Positions 30,021 through 46,305 of a stretch of 64,000 nt of DNA are shown piece by piece; the first letter of the stretch is position 1; the number at the start of each line of letters is the position of its first letter. The notes under the pieces were generated by a model, which made no database searches, was not told the origin of the DNA, and saw only the letters and a program-made list of their open reading frames with translations. Source of the stretch: the human T2T-CHM13v2.0 reference genome, Homo sapiens; assembly GCF_009914755.1 (NCBI RefSeq), contig NC_060942.1; one strand, 5' to 3'. The position numbers were made by a program, and so were the translations under genes.

Positions 30021-31240
30021 CAGCAGTGTGCAGCAGCCTGGTCCTCATGCCTCCCATCTTTCTCATGGGTGGACAGTATGTCTCATTTGCTCCCACATCC
30101 CCTCCTCTAGCGCAGGGCCTGACACTGGGCACGTGCCCATTAGGTTCATTTAGTGAAGGAGATACCAAAGGAAATGGCCTTCTCTTCTCTAGTGAGCAAC
30201 TGGCCACGTCGAGGTTTCAAGTTGCAGTCAGGATGCATGCTGGGTGTGTGCCCCCTACTGCACCACCCCTGGGGGTCTTGGTCTTTGCAAGGTCTAGGGG
30301 CCATGTAGAGGCTCCTGCAGCCCACACTTGGGGAGATGGTGTGGGTGGCAATGGAGGATGTTCCCTTTCAACAGGGGCAGTCTGGAAAACACTGCCTCTG
30401 TGTTATTCTCACTCATCTCGCCAACTGCATGACCTTGGGCAAGTCCTTTTGCTCATGTAGTTTATCCCTAGAATAGATCTGTAAAAAGACCTCACACCCA
30501 TGTTGTCCATCCCTGGCTTTTCACAGATGACAAAACTGGAAGGGAAGGAGACTCGCTCAAGGTCACGCAATGAGTGGCTGAGCCTGGGTTTTGACTCCAT
30601 GTCCACTGTTTTCTCAGAGCTTCACTTCCCGATTGTCTTTTCTGCCAAATCGGGAGAGTCAGGCCATTCTGCTTATTTCATAGGATTCCTGTTAGAGTCA
30701 AACGAAAAAGCGTGGCTGTCAAAGTGCATTCAGATGTACGCAGGGCTAAATCACTAACCAAACTTTGCCCAAAGAGATGCCACGGCAATGCCAGGCAGAC
30801 ACCAGATGTCAGTTTCCCCTTCACTGAGATACGGACCCCACTCCTGACCCAGTGGCCTTGGGGCGAGTCTTGCAACCCCACCTGAGGGTGGCTTCTCAGC
30901 CCGTGGTCCTGTGACAAGCCCTTTCTACCGCTTCCTCTGCAGGCCCGCTAATGAGTTCTTCGTTGTTTGTGTTGAGAAGAGGCAGCTGAAGGATTGGAGT
31001 GTGCTTTCTTCTGAATTTATCCCATTAGGAAGCAGACTATCTCAAAAGAGAAAAAAAATGTCATTAAGACTTCACTGAGCACTGTGTAAGGCTTAAGAAA
31101 GGTCAGGAACCACCTCAAGAGTATGCGGAGGTCCTGAGGAGCACGATGACAGCTTGACTCACGGTGAGAGTGTGTTGCTCCAGGAAGGGCCACCTCTCCT
31201 CCTACCATAGAGTCCTCGCTGGGGCTGCTGGGGGGACCAC

Positions 31241-31959
<719 letters not shown>

Positions 31960-32209
31960 TTTCACATATCCGCCTTTCAAAGGGGCAGTAAGCAGAAAAT
32001 ACCCAAGAAGGAAAGGAAGAGGAAGGTCCCATCAGAATTTGGGCAAAGGCTCATGTGTTTTGGTGGATCATTCAAGCAAGTCTGTTTCCTGCGGGACTGG
32101 CCTGCCTTTGAGCCTTTCTGCTTCATAGCCCTCTGTCTTCTTTCTTCGTTCAAGATCAGACTGCTTCCATGCTTTGCCTCCATATCTCATTAGGATGCCT
32201 TAAAAATTA

Positions 32210-32521
<312 letters not shown>

Positions 32522-32527
32522 CTAGTG

Positions 32528-32704
32528 TAGTGGTTCTCAAAGTGAGGCCCCACACCAGCAGCCTCAGCTTCACCTAGGAACTTATTAGAGATACAGATTC
32601 CCAGGTTCCATCTCAAACAACAGCCCTTAGGGTGAGGCCCAGCAATCTGTGTTTTCACAAGCCTCCAAGGGATTCTGATGCTCCTGAACTTTTAAGAACC
32701 ATTG
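32528..32704. mobile_element. MER5A hAT MITE
   Basis: tagtggttctcaaagtg..ccagcagc..gggtgaggcccagcaatctgtgttttcacaagcc..gattctgatgc..agaaccattg. Confidence 0.8.
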
Positions 32705-33351
32705 ACCCAAAGACATGGGATTGCTTATCTCAGGACAGAAAGCTGATGCTCCTGATGTGTTTGCTGACGCTTGGAGCTGTGGCTCTCAAACTTCAGCACA
32801 ATGAAGGAGACTAAGAATGCCTCCCAGAGAACACAGGTGTGTCTGAAGCAGGTGCCTTAACCAGAAGGGCTGCTAATGGTGGGAATCTCAGGCTCTGTGA
32901 CAGGGGTCATGTGGATTGTTTTAAGCATGATGACTTTGGAGGGCCTCACTCACATCACCTTGGAAACTGCCTGCTACCCCATGGCACGAGTTTACTGGAA
33001 AGCTACACACACCAGGGACCTAAACCCATAGGAGGACTGTTTATGTTTAGGTTTGATTTTTAACAATTAGGTGATACGAACAATAATTTTGGAAAACATA
33101 GGCTTTTCATTCTGGTGTGAACTACTTCACTAGATGTTATTTAAAAGCAAAAACACTGGTTTCACAGTTCAGCAAGATTGAATGTCTGATTGAGGGCTCA
33201 GCAAATTACTGCAGTTTGTTAAGTTTGTGGTTCAATTTGAGGTCCCAAAGGAGGAAAAGAGGTACATGATGTCAAACACATGCAGCCAGCTTCCAGTGGC
33301 TTTGCGTGGGAGCTCTGGTCAGCGGGGTTTACATGGGTTTAATCATGCTGA

Positions 33352-33651
33352 GGCCAGATGCAGTGGCTCATGCCTACAGTCCCAGAGCTTTGGGAGGCCA
33401 AGGCAGGAAGACTGCTTAAGGCAAGGAGTTTGAGACCAGCCTGGGCAACAGCGAGACCCCCATGTCTACAAAAAATAAGAAAAAATTAGCCAGGTATAGT
33501 GGTGCACACCTATAGTCCCAGCCACTCAGGAAGCTGAGATGGGAGGATCACTTGAGCCCAAGAGTTCAAGGCTGCAGTGAGCTATGATTATACCATCGCA
33601 CTTCAGCCTGGGCCACAGAGTGAGACCCTGACTCAAAAAAAAAAAAAAAAA
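33352..33651 (+). mobile_element. Alu (J-type)
   Basis: J diagnostics; TSD aatcatgctga/aatcatgttga. Confidence 0.93.
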
Positions 33652-34740
33652 AATCATGTTGATCAACTTCATTTCCTCCCTCTCCTGGGCACTCTGTCTT
33701 TCTTTGATGGCTTCTTGCCTGAGAAAAACACACAGAAAGCTCTCCTAAAGCACAAATTCTCTCCAAGCTGAAACTAGGAGGAGAAATATTCAATCTGTGA
33801 CTAAAATGGGGTCTCTGCCGGTGATCAAGAGAGTGCCCTTTTAGTGTCTGTGTGTTTATATTCAGGTCTCCATAGTGCAGATGGCAACCCACAGGGTGCA
33901 GGGAGTGGAGAAGGATTTTCCCAGGACCCCAGAGTAGGAATGGGGTCCACAGGGCTGGTGCTGGGAGCAGAACCCAGCCATCCGCAGAGGCTGGATTTCA
34001 TGGGAAAATGAGCTTGTGGAAGGGCACTTTCTGAGGGCTCAGCTAGCAGGAAAGGTCACTTTCTTCTGAAGCCACTAAGCATGTTATTCCAAATCAGTGG
34101 AGCTGAAAAGATTTATTTAAAAGGCTATGAAATATCCCTTTTTTAAAGGGAAAAATATGATCAAGGGGATTAGAACGGAGGCTGTACTTGAGAGTCAGGT
34201 GTCCCTGAACACCCAGGCAGACTTGGAAAGCTCATTGTGTTGGCGTTCAGTGCCTCCCTGTCCCCTTCCCATGGCAGAAGAGGATCCCGAGAAGAGGCTC
34301 TTCCCTCTGTCCCTGGGTCTCTGGGGTCCTCTTCTACCCACTCTCAGAAGAACACCACACCCAGGCCACCCTTCCGGGAAGCAACCCCACTGAGCTTGGG
34401 GTGATATTATAAATCTTTAAGCACAAGCCTGGCCTGGGAGATGACCAATCAGAAAGGAAGCCAGCCAGGGTCCTGAAGCAGGGTCCTAGAGGCGTCCTGC
34501 TTGCCACCAGTTCACCCTTTATTGCTGGATCAAGGGGAGGAGCAAGGGAGTCAGGGGCTTGGAGTAGTGGCTATTTACCAGTCAGCTTGCAGTATTTCAT
34601 TATTCAGCAACTGGCCCAGCTATCTCAGTGCACATCAGCCACGCTGTGCTGCTTCCCTCATATCAAAGTTCCCCCTTTCCAATGTGCCTGTGGGTCTGGC
34701 TGTCCACTAGGGGTAAGCAGTTGATTAAATGGCTCAAAGT

Positions 34741-35039
34741 GCTGGGCATAGTGGCTCACGCCTGTAATCCCAACACTTTGGGAGGCCGAGGCAGGTGGAT
34801 CACTTGAGGTCAGGAGTTCAAGACCAGCCTGGCCAACATGGTGAAACCCCATCTTTACCAAAAATACGAAAATTAGCCTGGTGTGGTGGCAGACACCTGT
34901 AATCCCAGCTACTTGGGAGGCTGAGCCAGAAGAATCTCTTGAACCTGGGAGGCAGAGGTTGCCGTGAGCCGAGATTGCACCACTTCACTCCAGCCTAAGC
35001 GAAAGAGTGAAACTCCGCCTCAAAAAAATAAATAAAAAA
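34741..35039 (+). mobile_element. Alu (S-type)
   Basis: Full dimer; TSD aaatggctcaaag/aaatgcctcaaag. Confidence 0.95.
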
Positions 35040-35256
35040 TGCCTCAAAGGGATCAACAGCCCCCTCTTCGGAAGCCCAGCCTGCTCACTCACCTGGTACT
35101 CCCCTCACCATGAGAGCTGCCACCTCCTGTGGCAAGTGCCAAAGCTCCTGAAGAATTCAACAGGCAGGAAGTCTGCAGCCCGCTAGGGACGCTGGAGTGG
35201 AGCTAGTGTGTTTCATGCAGTGCAGGCTTGCTGGTGACAAATCCTTTGTTTACCTA

Positions 35257-35660
<404 letters not shown>

Positions 35661-36369
35661 TTATTTCCTGTCCATGTTGTTTTTAAAGAGTAGTTGGTCT
35701 TCATTCATAGGATTGTTCCCCTGTATGTAATGTGTCTTTTTTTCTCCAGCTGATTAATGAATATTATTAAATGGAATGAAGTGGGAGGGCCTCGGTGCAT
35801 AAGTGTTGAATAATGAGCTCCTCCTTCCTTTTATACCCAAGATTTGCTGGTGAGAGAACTCACTCCCTCTCAGAGGGTGTTTTCAGTCCTGGTGTAAAGG
35901 ACCCGACCTTCAGTCATTGCTCCAGTCTCTCCACTTGGGTACACCCAAGTTGTAAACATCTCAGGAACAGGACACTGTCTTATTCTATAGGCAGATATTC
36001 TTTGGTTTATATCGAAGAAGGATAATTAGAAAATTGAATCAAATCCTTTTCCGTTTTCTCCTGAAATGTGGTTTCTTGATTTAGCTTTGCTGCGGTAGCC
36101 TGTTGAGAAGACAGTAGTATAGAAATAGAAGGCTCGGTGGGGGTGTGGGCATCGCATTGCTGTGATGATCCTGCCTTTTGTGGTTACCTTCTATTTCAGT
36201 CTCACACATCTGTGAGCTGGGAGAGACCAGCCCTTATCCTCGCCTCATCCGCTGCCACTCCACTCCCTCGTGTTGTAACTGACTTGTCACCATTCCCTGG
36301 AAAATACCATACCCAGTGACAGCTCTGGTCCCACACACTGTTCCCTCTGTTCCCACATAAACTCCTGCG

Positions 36370-36620
36370 GACCCTGCTCAAATGTCCCACCTCTGTGAAG
36401 CTTCACCCAGCAACCCAGGGAAGAGTTAATCACACCTTCCTCTGGCTGTGCAAAGCCGTTATCCCCACGTTACTGTGATGATCTGTTTACATGCCTCTTC
36501 CCAGACAGACCTGGCAGGGCCCCTAGAAAAACATATGTATCTCTTTCATTTCTATATTCCTGGCACCTAGCATAGTATCTGATCCATTGTATGAGTTCAT
36601 TCAATGCTAATTGGCTAATG
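36370..36620 (+). mobile_element. L2 LINE 3' end
   Basis: ctcaaatgtcccacctctgtgaagctt...tggcacctagcatagtatctg. Confidence 0.6.
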
Positions 36621-37061
36621 AACAAGCCAAGCCTCTGCCTTTCTATTGAATAAGCATGGTCTTCAAGCATAAATTCTCTTCCTCAGGGCAGCATTCAAGG
36701 ATTTGAAGTCATCTACCATGTCCCTCTAAATCTCGGTAGGCTAGAAGCCCCCCTATACAAAAATATTCAGGTACTCTTCTAAGTGCTTAATGGGTGTTAA
36801 CCTACTAAATCCTCATAACAACCTAATAGGTGCTGTTATTGCCCCCATTGTCTAGATGAAGACACTAAGGCACAGAGAGTAACTTATCCAGGGTCACCTG
36901 CCTGGTCAATGGCAGCGTTGGACTGCAAAGCCCAGTGGCAGCTCAGAGACTGTGCTCTCAGCCACTGAGCTCAGCTGCTTTGATGGCCATTCAGGTGACT
37001 GCATTTCCAGAGCTCACACTATCCTGACTGCCCTTTCATTGACCTCCTTCTTGGCAAACCA

Positions 37062-37654
<593 letters not shown>

Positions 37655-37669
37655 GCAGACCCTTTCTTA

Positions 37670-38230
37670 AAATGTATCTTCCAGAACAGGTGCTATGTGA
37701 TTTAGCTAGCACAGCATCAGTGGGGATGCGACATTGCTGCTCTGTACACATCACGCTGTTCATGTTGCCCATGGTCTTTCGGTAGCCAGGTTGCACTGTT
37801 GGCTCATTGAGCCTGTAGTCAACTAACTTCTGTTAGCTCTGTATACTCTATTTTACATGAATATGGTTGATCTTTTTTTAGCCCAAGTACAGGACTTTCT
37901 TTACCCTCATCCCTTGTAGATTTCATCTTCTTGGCTTCCTGCAAATATTGTAACCTGATGAGATCTTTTTGGATCTTTGTTCTGTCACATAATCTTATCC
38001 CTTATAGCTTCATAATTTATAAGCCTGTCTTCTAGGACTTCACTCATTTCACTGGTTAAAATATGTGTAAAGAGATTAGACCAAAGGCCTAGCCACTAGA
38101 CACGCCCCTCCAGAGTGACACTGACATTCTTTGGATTTAGCCGTCAAACCAGTTATCAATTTACATAGTTATATACTTTTTACCCAAATTTTTTCATTGT
38201 CCACAAAGATGTCCTCAGGGGTTTTGTAAA
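37670..38230 (-). mobile_element. Ancient L3/CR1-like LINE fragment
   Basis: ttggctcattgagcctgtagtcaactaa...cccaagtacaggacttt..atttcatctt..agatctttttggatc. Confidence 0.45.
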
Positions 38231-38658
38231 AGTGTTTTGAGACTCAGGGACACTGTAATATCCTTTCATTCTATCTCAATACAATTTGAAACTCATCCTA
38301 AAGTTAAAAAGTGACATTCAAGCTGCATGACCAGCTGTAACAGTTTTAATTCCTAGATACATGGAGCACAGATGTTAGGAAACATCACCACTTTAGAGAG
38401 AACCCAATGCATGAAAATCTAAACTTACAAAATTATATTGGAGGCTAGGGTGTGCTTAGGTAAACTATCATTCATCCACTAAATAGAATTGTTACACGAG
38501 TATGTTCTATGATGTTTTTGAAGAGTTTGCAATAACATAGACAATTTTGTGTAATAATAGTAAGTTTGAAAAGCAAGATACAGAATTATGAAGATGGTAT
38601 GATCATAAGTTTAAAACAAGGAGAAAATAACTAAACATTTTTTTAAAATAGACTTGAG

Positions 38659-39000
38659 TAAGGGTCCCCAACCCCTGGGCTGAGGACCAGGACTGTCTGT
38701 GGCCTCTTAGAAACCAGGCCACACAGCAGGAGGTGAGTGGCTGGTGAGGGAGCATCCTCACCTGAGCTCCGCCTCCTGCCAGATCAGCAGTGGCATTAGA
38801 GTCTCATAGGAGCTCTAACCCTATTGTGAACTGCGCATACAAGGAATCTAGGTTGCACGCTCCTTATGAGAATCTAATGCCTGATGATCTGAGTGTAACA
38901 GTTTCATCCCAAAACCATCTCCCAGCTCCTCTTCCCGGTCCGTGGAAAAATTGTTTTCCACGAAACTGATCCCTGGTGCCAAAAAGGTTGGGGACTGCTG
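38659..39000 (+). mobile_element. MER1B hAT-Charlie MITE
   Basis: gggtccccaacccc...ggccacacagcaggaggtgag...ggtgccaaaaaggttggggactgctg with inverted termini. Confidence 0.88.
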
Positions 39001-39299
39001 GGCTAGAAGTAAAAACTCCAAAATGTTAACAATGGTTCGACAAGGCATAGCCTTCTTTCAATAATTCCCAAAAATATGTAAAATGAACATTCATGGTTTT
39101 ATCACAGTAACCTTTTCAGGTGGGAAGTTGGGAAAGTTTGCTGCAACAGTTTACCCATTGCAAAAAGAGTGGTAAACCTGGATTATTCGGTTACTGAAAG
39201 AAAAGGGTCAAGCACCCCAGCGTGTGGCCCAGGAGTCCACGGACAGGGACCCTCAACTGCCTTCTGCTCTGAGGTGCCCACTGTGTCATGTGTGTAAGG

Positions 39300-39600
39300 T
39301 TTTTTTTTGTTGTTTTTTTTTTGAGACAGGGTCCCACTCTGTTGCTCAGGCTGGAGTGCAGATCATAGCTCACTGCAGACTCCATCTCCCAAGCAATCCT
39401 CCTGCCTCAGTCTCCCAAGTAGCTGGGGCTATAGGCACATGCCACCATACCTGGCTATTTTTTATTTTATTTTATTTTTAGTAGAGACAAGGTCTCGCTA
39501 TGTTGCTCAGGCTGGTCTCAAACTCCTGAGCTCAAGCAATCTTCCTGCCTCTGCTTCCCAAAGTGCTGGGATTATAGGCATGAGCCCCTGCACCTCCCAG
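39300..39600 (-). mobile_element. Alu (J-type)
   Basis: gagacagggtc...gatcatagctcactgcag...ctcctgagctcaagcaatc. Confidence 0.9.
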
Positions 39601-41819
39601 GTCTATAAATCTTACCTCCCCACCCAGAGTGGCTGCTCTGCCTCAGGCTGCAGCCTCTGGGAAGAGGAGACTTCTGGACAGGCTGGTGGGGTGAGGGTGG
39701 GTTCCATGCCCCCGGGAAATAGGACAACCTCCTCATAGGTAGAGTGGGCAGGTACTAACTAGTGCCATGTGAGCCTAAGCAAGTTACTTAACCTCCCTCA
39801 GGCTGGCTCCATCCCCTCATAATAACTCAGGTTTCTGTGTTCTCAGATACCTAAAATTGTACCACTAATAGTAAATTGTATTGGAGTGGTTGACCATGTA
39901 TTAGTTTCTCTTCTAAGATACCGATAAAGGGAGTGAAGATGAGTGGGAACAAGTCAGAAAATTCTTACTGTAATGAACTTGTCAAAATGGATTAATTAGG
40001 AAGCACTGGGCTAGGGGAAGGGAGTTGAACTCAAAAGGAGACCAGAATACAGAGCCCCCTTAAATGTTGACACATTTGCAATTTGGCCAAAGCCTGCCTC
40101 TAGTACTGTGGTTATACACTACAGGTGATATTCAAGATATTTAACAACTGGTAAGCTTTGGGACCAACCAATCTGAACAGACATCGGCAGTGACCAATCA
40201 GAGTAGATACTGTCTGGGAGCCGCCATCACCCCTCCACCCTGTACAGACTGGAGAGCGGGCCCTGTCTTCCCAGAGGTGTTCACTCAAGGGTCCACCAGC
40301 GACTTCCCTGTTCAGGCACTCAGAGCAGCAACTGAGAGGTCTGCCCTGGCACAGTCACTTTGGGAAGAATACAGCTTTTTTTCCCTCCCTTTTTCAATAA
40401 TTCCCAAAAATATATAAAATGAACAGGCCTTGGTCCCACAGCTGCCCCCACACTCTTATTCTTGCTTTCTTCTCTTCCAAGATAACACGTTTGCCCTCTG
40501 CTGTCCATCATGCACCTGGCAGGATCCCCTTGTTTTCTGGGTGAAGGCAGCAGGAAAGGGGGAGCCATTCCTTGCCCTCCCTTTTGTGGCATGGCGGCCC
40601 CACCTTTGGCTTTCAGATGACACGGCCAGCAGGTTTTCTGGGGTATGGGAGACTTGAGGGTATGGTCATGAAGATTTTTTTTGCAGCGTCTTCTGCATAC
40701 AAATACTACCATCTGTAGGAACCATGCAAACTCCAGCAGTAAGCTCGATGAAGCCATTGTGATCCGCAGGACTCACCTGAGGTCTTCTTGGGGTCAAATT
40801 TTCCCCATTGTCAATCCCTATGCCTTTTATTATGGAATTGGAGTCTGAGTTCCCCATGAAGGAGAGCAAGCCCGGGAGCACAGAATGGCCTGCGTGGCCT
40901 GGTTTCACAGGCCTGAGGCATCACTGTGTGTGAAGGTGGTTTTCAGTAGCCCACTTGCTGAGCTGGGTGGAGCCCAAGGCCAGGAGGACTGAGTCATGGG
41001 TGTGCTTCCGTGCAGGTCTTTTGTCTTAGCCACGTTTTCTTGTCCCCAGCTGCCCTTCCAAGCCTGACTCTAACCAATTTGCAAATGCTCTGGGTCGGAA
41101 GCTAGGGAAGGAGTGATCAGCCAATGGCTTCTGTAGCTGGAAGATCAATACCCTCATATCTACCCAGAAATATTTCCTACAATTCACAATAATGCACCCT
41201 AGGGAGTTCTTTCCCACCCATAACTCTGGATCCTCATACCAACCCTCTGAGAGAAGCGAGTCAGGTTAATTACTATCCTCCTTTGATAGATGAGCACAAA
41301 GGAGCCCCTAGGGTTGAAAAGCTCATCTAAGGCCCCACTGCTAATGAGAGACAGAGCTGGGACAAGATCTGCCTCCGGGAACCTGGAACAGCAGCTGATG
41401 TAATCAGGCTCCGTTCCAGAATTTGAGAACTTTCCTGGTACCCTCTGTGATGAGAAGAGGGAGTAATCATGGCATGGAGGCGCTCGGGCTTCCGCTTTGC
41501 CCAGGTGGAAGCTTGGAGAACAAAGCAGTTCTGTGACCTCCCTGGGCCCCACTGTGAGCAGAGATGGGGCCAGGACAGGAAAGCCTCCTCCCTGCCCTCC
41601 TTCCTGTGTCCCTCCTGGTGGCCTCTCCCCGTGCTCTTACGCTGTCCTCCTCTACTGTCCCTCCTCACTGGAGACTCACTGAGGCCCAAGGCCTGCTAAC
41701 TAGCAACATAGATTCCCACCAAGGGACCCAGCGCTCGCCGCCCCACACACAGCGAGTTAGGAAAAGGCCACTACCCAGAGTATTCCTTTCAGTAGAACAG
41801 TGCTTTTATATTTGCTTTT

Positions 41820-43630
<1,811 letters not shown>

Positions 43631-43636
43631 CTTAGA

Positions 43637-43990
43637 AAGGAATAAAATGCTGATACAGGCTATAATGAGTGAACCTTGAAACCATTATCCTAAGTGAAAG
43701 AAGCCAGTCACACAAAGGCCACATATTGTAGGATGCCATTTATATGAAATGTACAGAATAGGCAAACCCATAGAGACAGAAAATAGATTAGTGGTGCCCA
43801 GGGCAGAGAAATGGGAGAAAATGGGGCATGACTGCTAATGAGTATGGAGTTTTTTGTTAGGTTGTTGAAAATGTTCTGGAATTAGATAGTAGTGATGATT
43901 GTATTACCTTGTGAATAAACTAAAACCCACTAAATAGTACACTTTAAAATGGTGAATTTTACGACGTGTGAATTATATCTTGAAAAAAAT
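43637..43990 (+). mobile_element. L1MB-like 3' end
   Basis: gaaccttgaaa..attat.ctaagtgaaagaagccagtcac...gtacactttaaaatggtgaatttt. Confidence 0.8.
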
Positions 43991-44864
43991 TTTAAGAGAT
44001 AATTTGAATACCTTATATCTATGAAAAGCATCGTATATGTAGTTTAAAATCTTCCCACAAAGAAAAAAATACCCTCCAGGCCCAAATAGCTTCATTGGTG
44101 AATTCTACCGCTATTTAGGAAATAAATAATATCAATTCTACAAACTCTCCCAAAAATTGAAGAGAATACTTCCCAACTCATTCTAAACCTTATTGTGATA
44201 GCAAAACATGACAAAAACCTGTATAAGAAAAGCAAGTGACAGATTAATATCTTCCATTAATATTGATGCAAAAATTCTAAACAAAATTTTAGCAAATTGA
44301 AGCCAACAATATATAAAAAGGATAATACATATTGACCAAGAGTGTTTTATCCCAGGAATGCAAATTTCATTTAATATTTGAAAATCAATGTTATAACCAT
44401 TTTGGAAAATGATTTGGCAGTTTCTTTAAAAGTAAAACTTACATCTGTCATATGATCCAGACATTTCACTTCTATGTATTTACCCAAGAGAAATGAAAGC
44501 ATATGTTCATAGAAAGACTTGTATACAAATGTTCATCACAGCTTTTCCATAACCAAAACCTAAAAGCTACCCAAATGTCCATCAACATTCAAATGAAAAC
44601 ACTAGTCTTTCCATAAAGTGGAGTCACCACTGGGCAATAAAAGGGAATAAACCATTCACAACACTACAGATGTATCTCAGGAGAGTTGTGCTGAGTGAAA
44701 GATGACAGAAATAAATGAAGTAAATTCTGTGTGGTTCCATTTATGTAAAATTCTAGAAAATGCAAACTAATCTACAGTGATGGAAAACAAATTAGTGGTT
44801 GCCTAGGGATGGAAAGGGATTACAAAGAGGAATGATGAATATTTTGAGGATGATGAATATGTTC

Positions 44865-45164
<300 letters not shown>

Positions 45165-45193
45165 TAATATGTTCATTATTTTTATTGGTGATG

Positions 45194-45195
<2 letters not shown>

Positions 45196-45237
<42 letters not shown>
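45196..45237. repeat. (TG)n microsatellite
   Basis: About 21 uninterrupted TG units. Confidence 0.95.
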
Positions 45238-45240
<3 letters not shown>

Positions 45241-46008
45241 CTTACCAAAATAGCACACTAAATATGTGCAGTTATTGTATTTCAGTTATACCTCAATGAA
45301 GCTGTTTTAAAATAAATACGTTTATTCAATTAACAAATATTTGAATGCCAACTATGGTCTAGGTGTTGGAGATACAAGGCTGAAACACAAGACTCTAGAC
45401 AAGGTTCCTGCCTTCGTGGAGTTTATATTTAAGTGGAAAACTTATATAGACCAGATTATTTTTAAGAGTCCTGGAATTTACCCACACAGCTCTTTCAGCC
45501 CCAGAGGAGAAGTTTCCTCCCTCCCAGAGCTGCAGGAGAACTGGCAACACAGCTGGATGTAGGGTGGCATGGAGCTGGGTGTAGGGTGGCATGGCGCTGG
45601 AGTCCAGTGATAGACTAACAGTGGTTAGATTGTCTCGCTTCTCTCTGGATGTCCCCCTTAAGGCATCTGATCACCATCCATGCTCCCACTCCTGACCAGC
45701 AGGAAGTGGGTCAGGTCTGAGAACAGACCCCTGTGGTCCCTTGTAGTCCTTCATGTCTGAGAACAGACCAGATGGCACCACGGAGACCTCCTGAGCCAGA
45801 GAGAGCCAGGTTGTGTTGTGCAGATGGAGGGTGCTAAGGAAAGAAGGGAAGTCGGAGTAGAGAGAGGGGGCTGCCCTGTTGCTAGAGCACTTTCTGGCTA
45901 ATGTTTTCATTCCTTTGGAGGCTTGATTCCATTAAATAACCTGGTGGAGCCCCTTTTTTGCTTAAACTTATTTGAGTGGCTTCTGTTATTGCAATTAAGA
46001 AGAGCTTT

Positions 46009-46305
46009 GACCAGGCGTGATGACTCACATCTATAATCCTAGTGCTTTGGGACGCTGAGGTGGGAGGATTGCTTGAGGCCAGGAGTTCGAGACCAGCCGC
46101 AGAAACATCGCAAGACCCCTTTTTCTAAAAATAAAAAATAAATTAGCTGAGCATGGTGGCGTGCACCTGTAGTCCCAGCTACTCAGGAGGCTGAGGCAGG
46201 AGGATCACCTGAGCCCATGAGTTTGAGGCTACAGTGAGCCGTAATCAAGCCACTATACTCCAGCCTGGGTGAGAGAGCGAGCCCCTGACTCAAAAAAAAA
46301 AAAAA
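46009..46305 (+). mobile_element. Alu (J-type)
   Basis: J diagnostics, poly-A, and agcttt on both flanks. Confidence 0.92.

Noticed and set aside
39208-39250. REST/RE1-like half-sites (tcaagcacc ... ccacggacag)
   Set aside because: The spacer is far longer than in known RE1 variants and the left half is imperfect.
40165-40202. Two CCAAT boxes suggesting an internal promoter
   Set aside because: No CpG island, TATA box or downstream exon; may be a decayed DNA-transposon remnant.
45551-45600. 22-bp two-copy tandem (agctgg.tgtagggtggcatgg); similar 22-bp pair at ~14978-15019
   Set aside because: Ordinary slippage micro-duplications with no functional indication.
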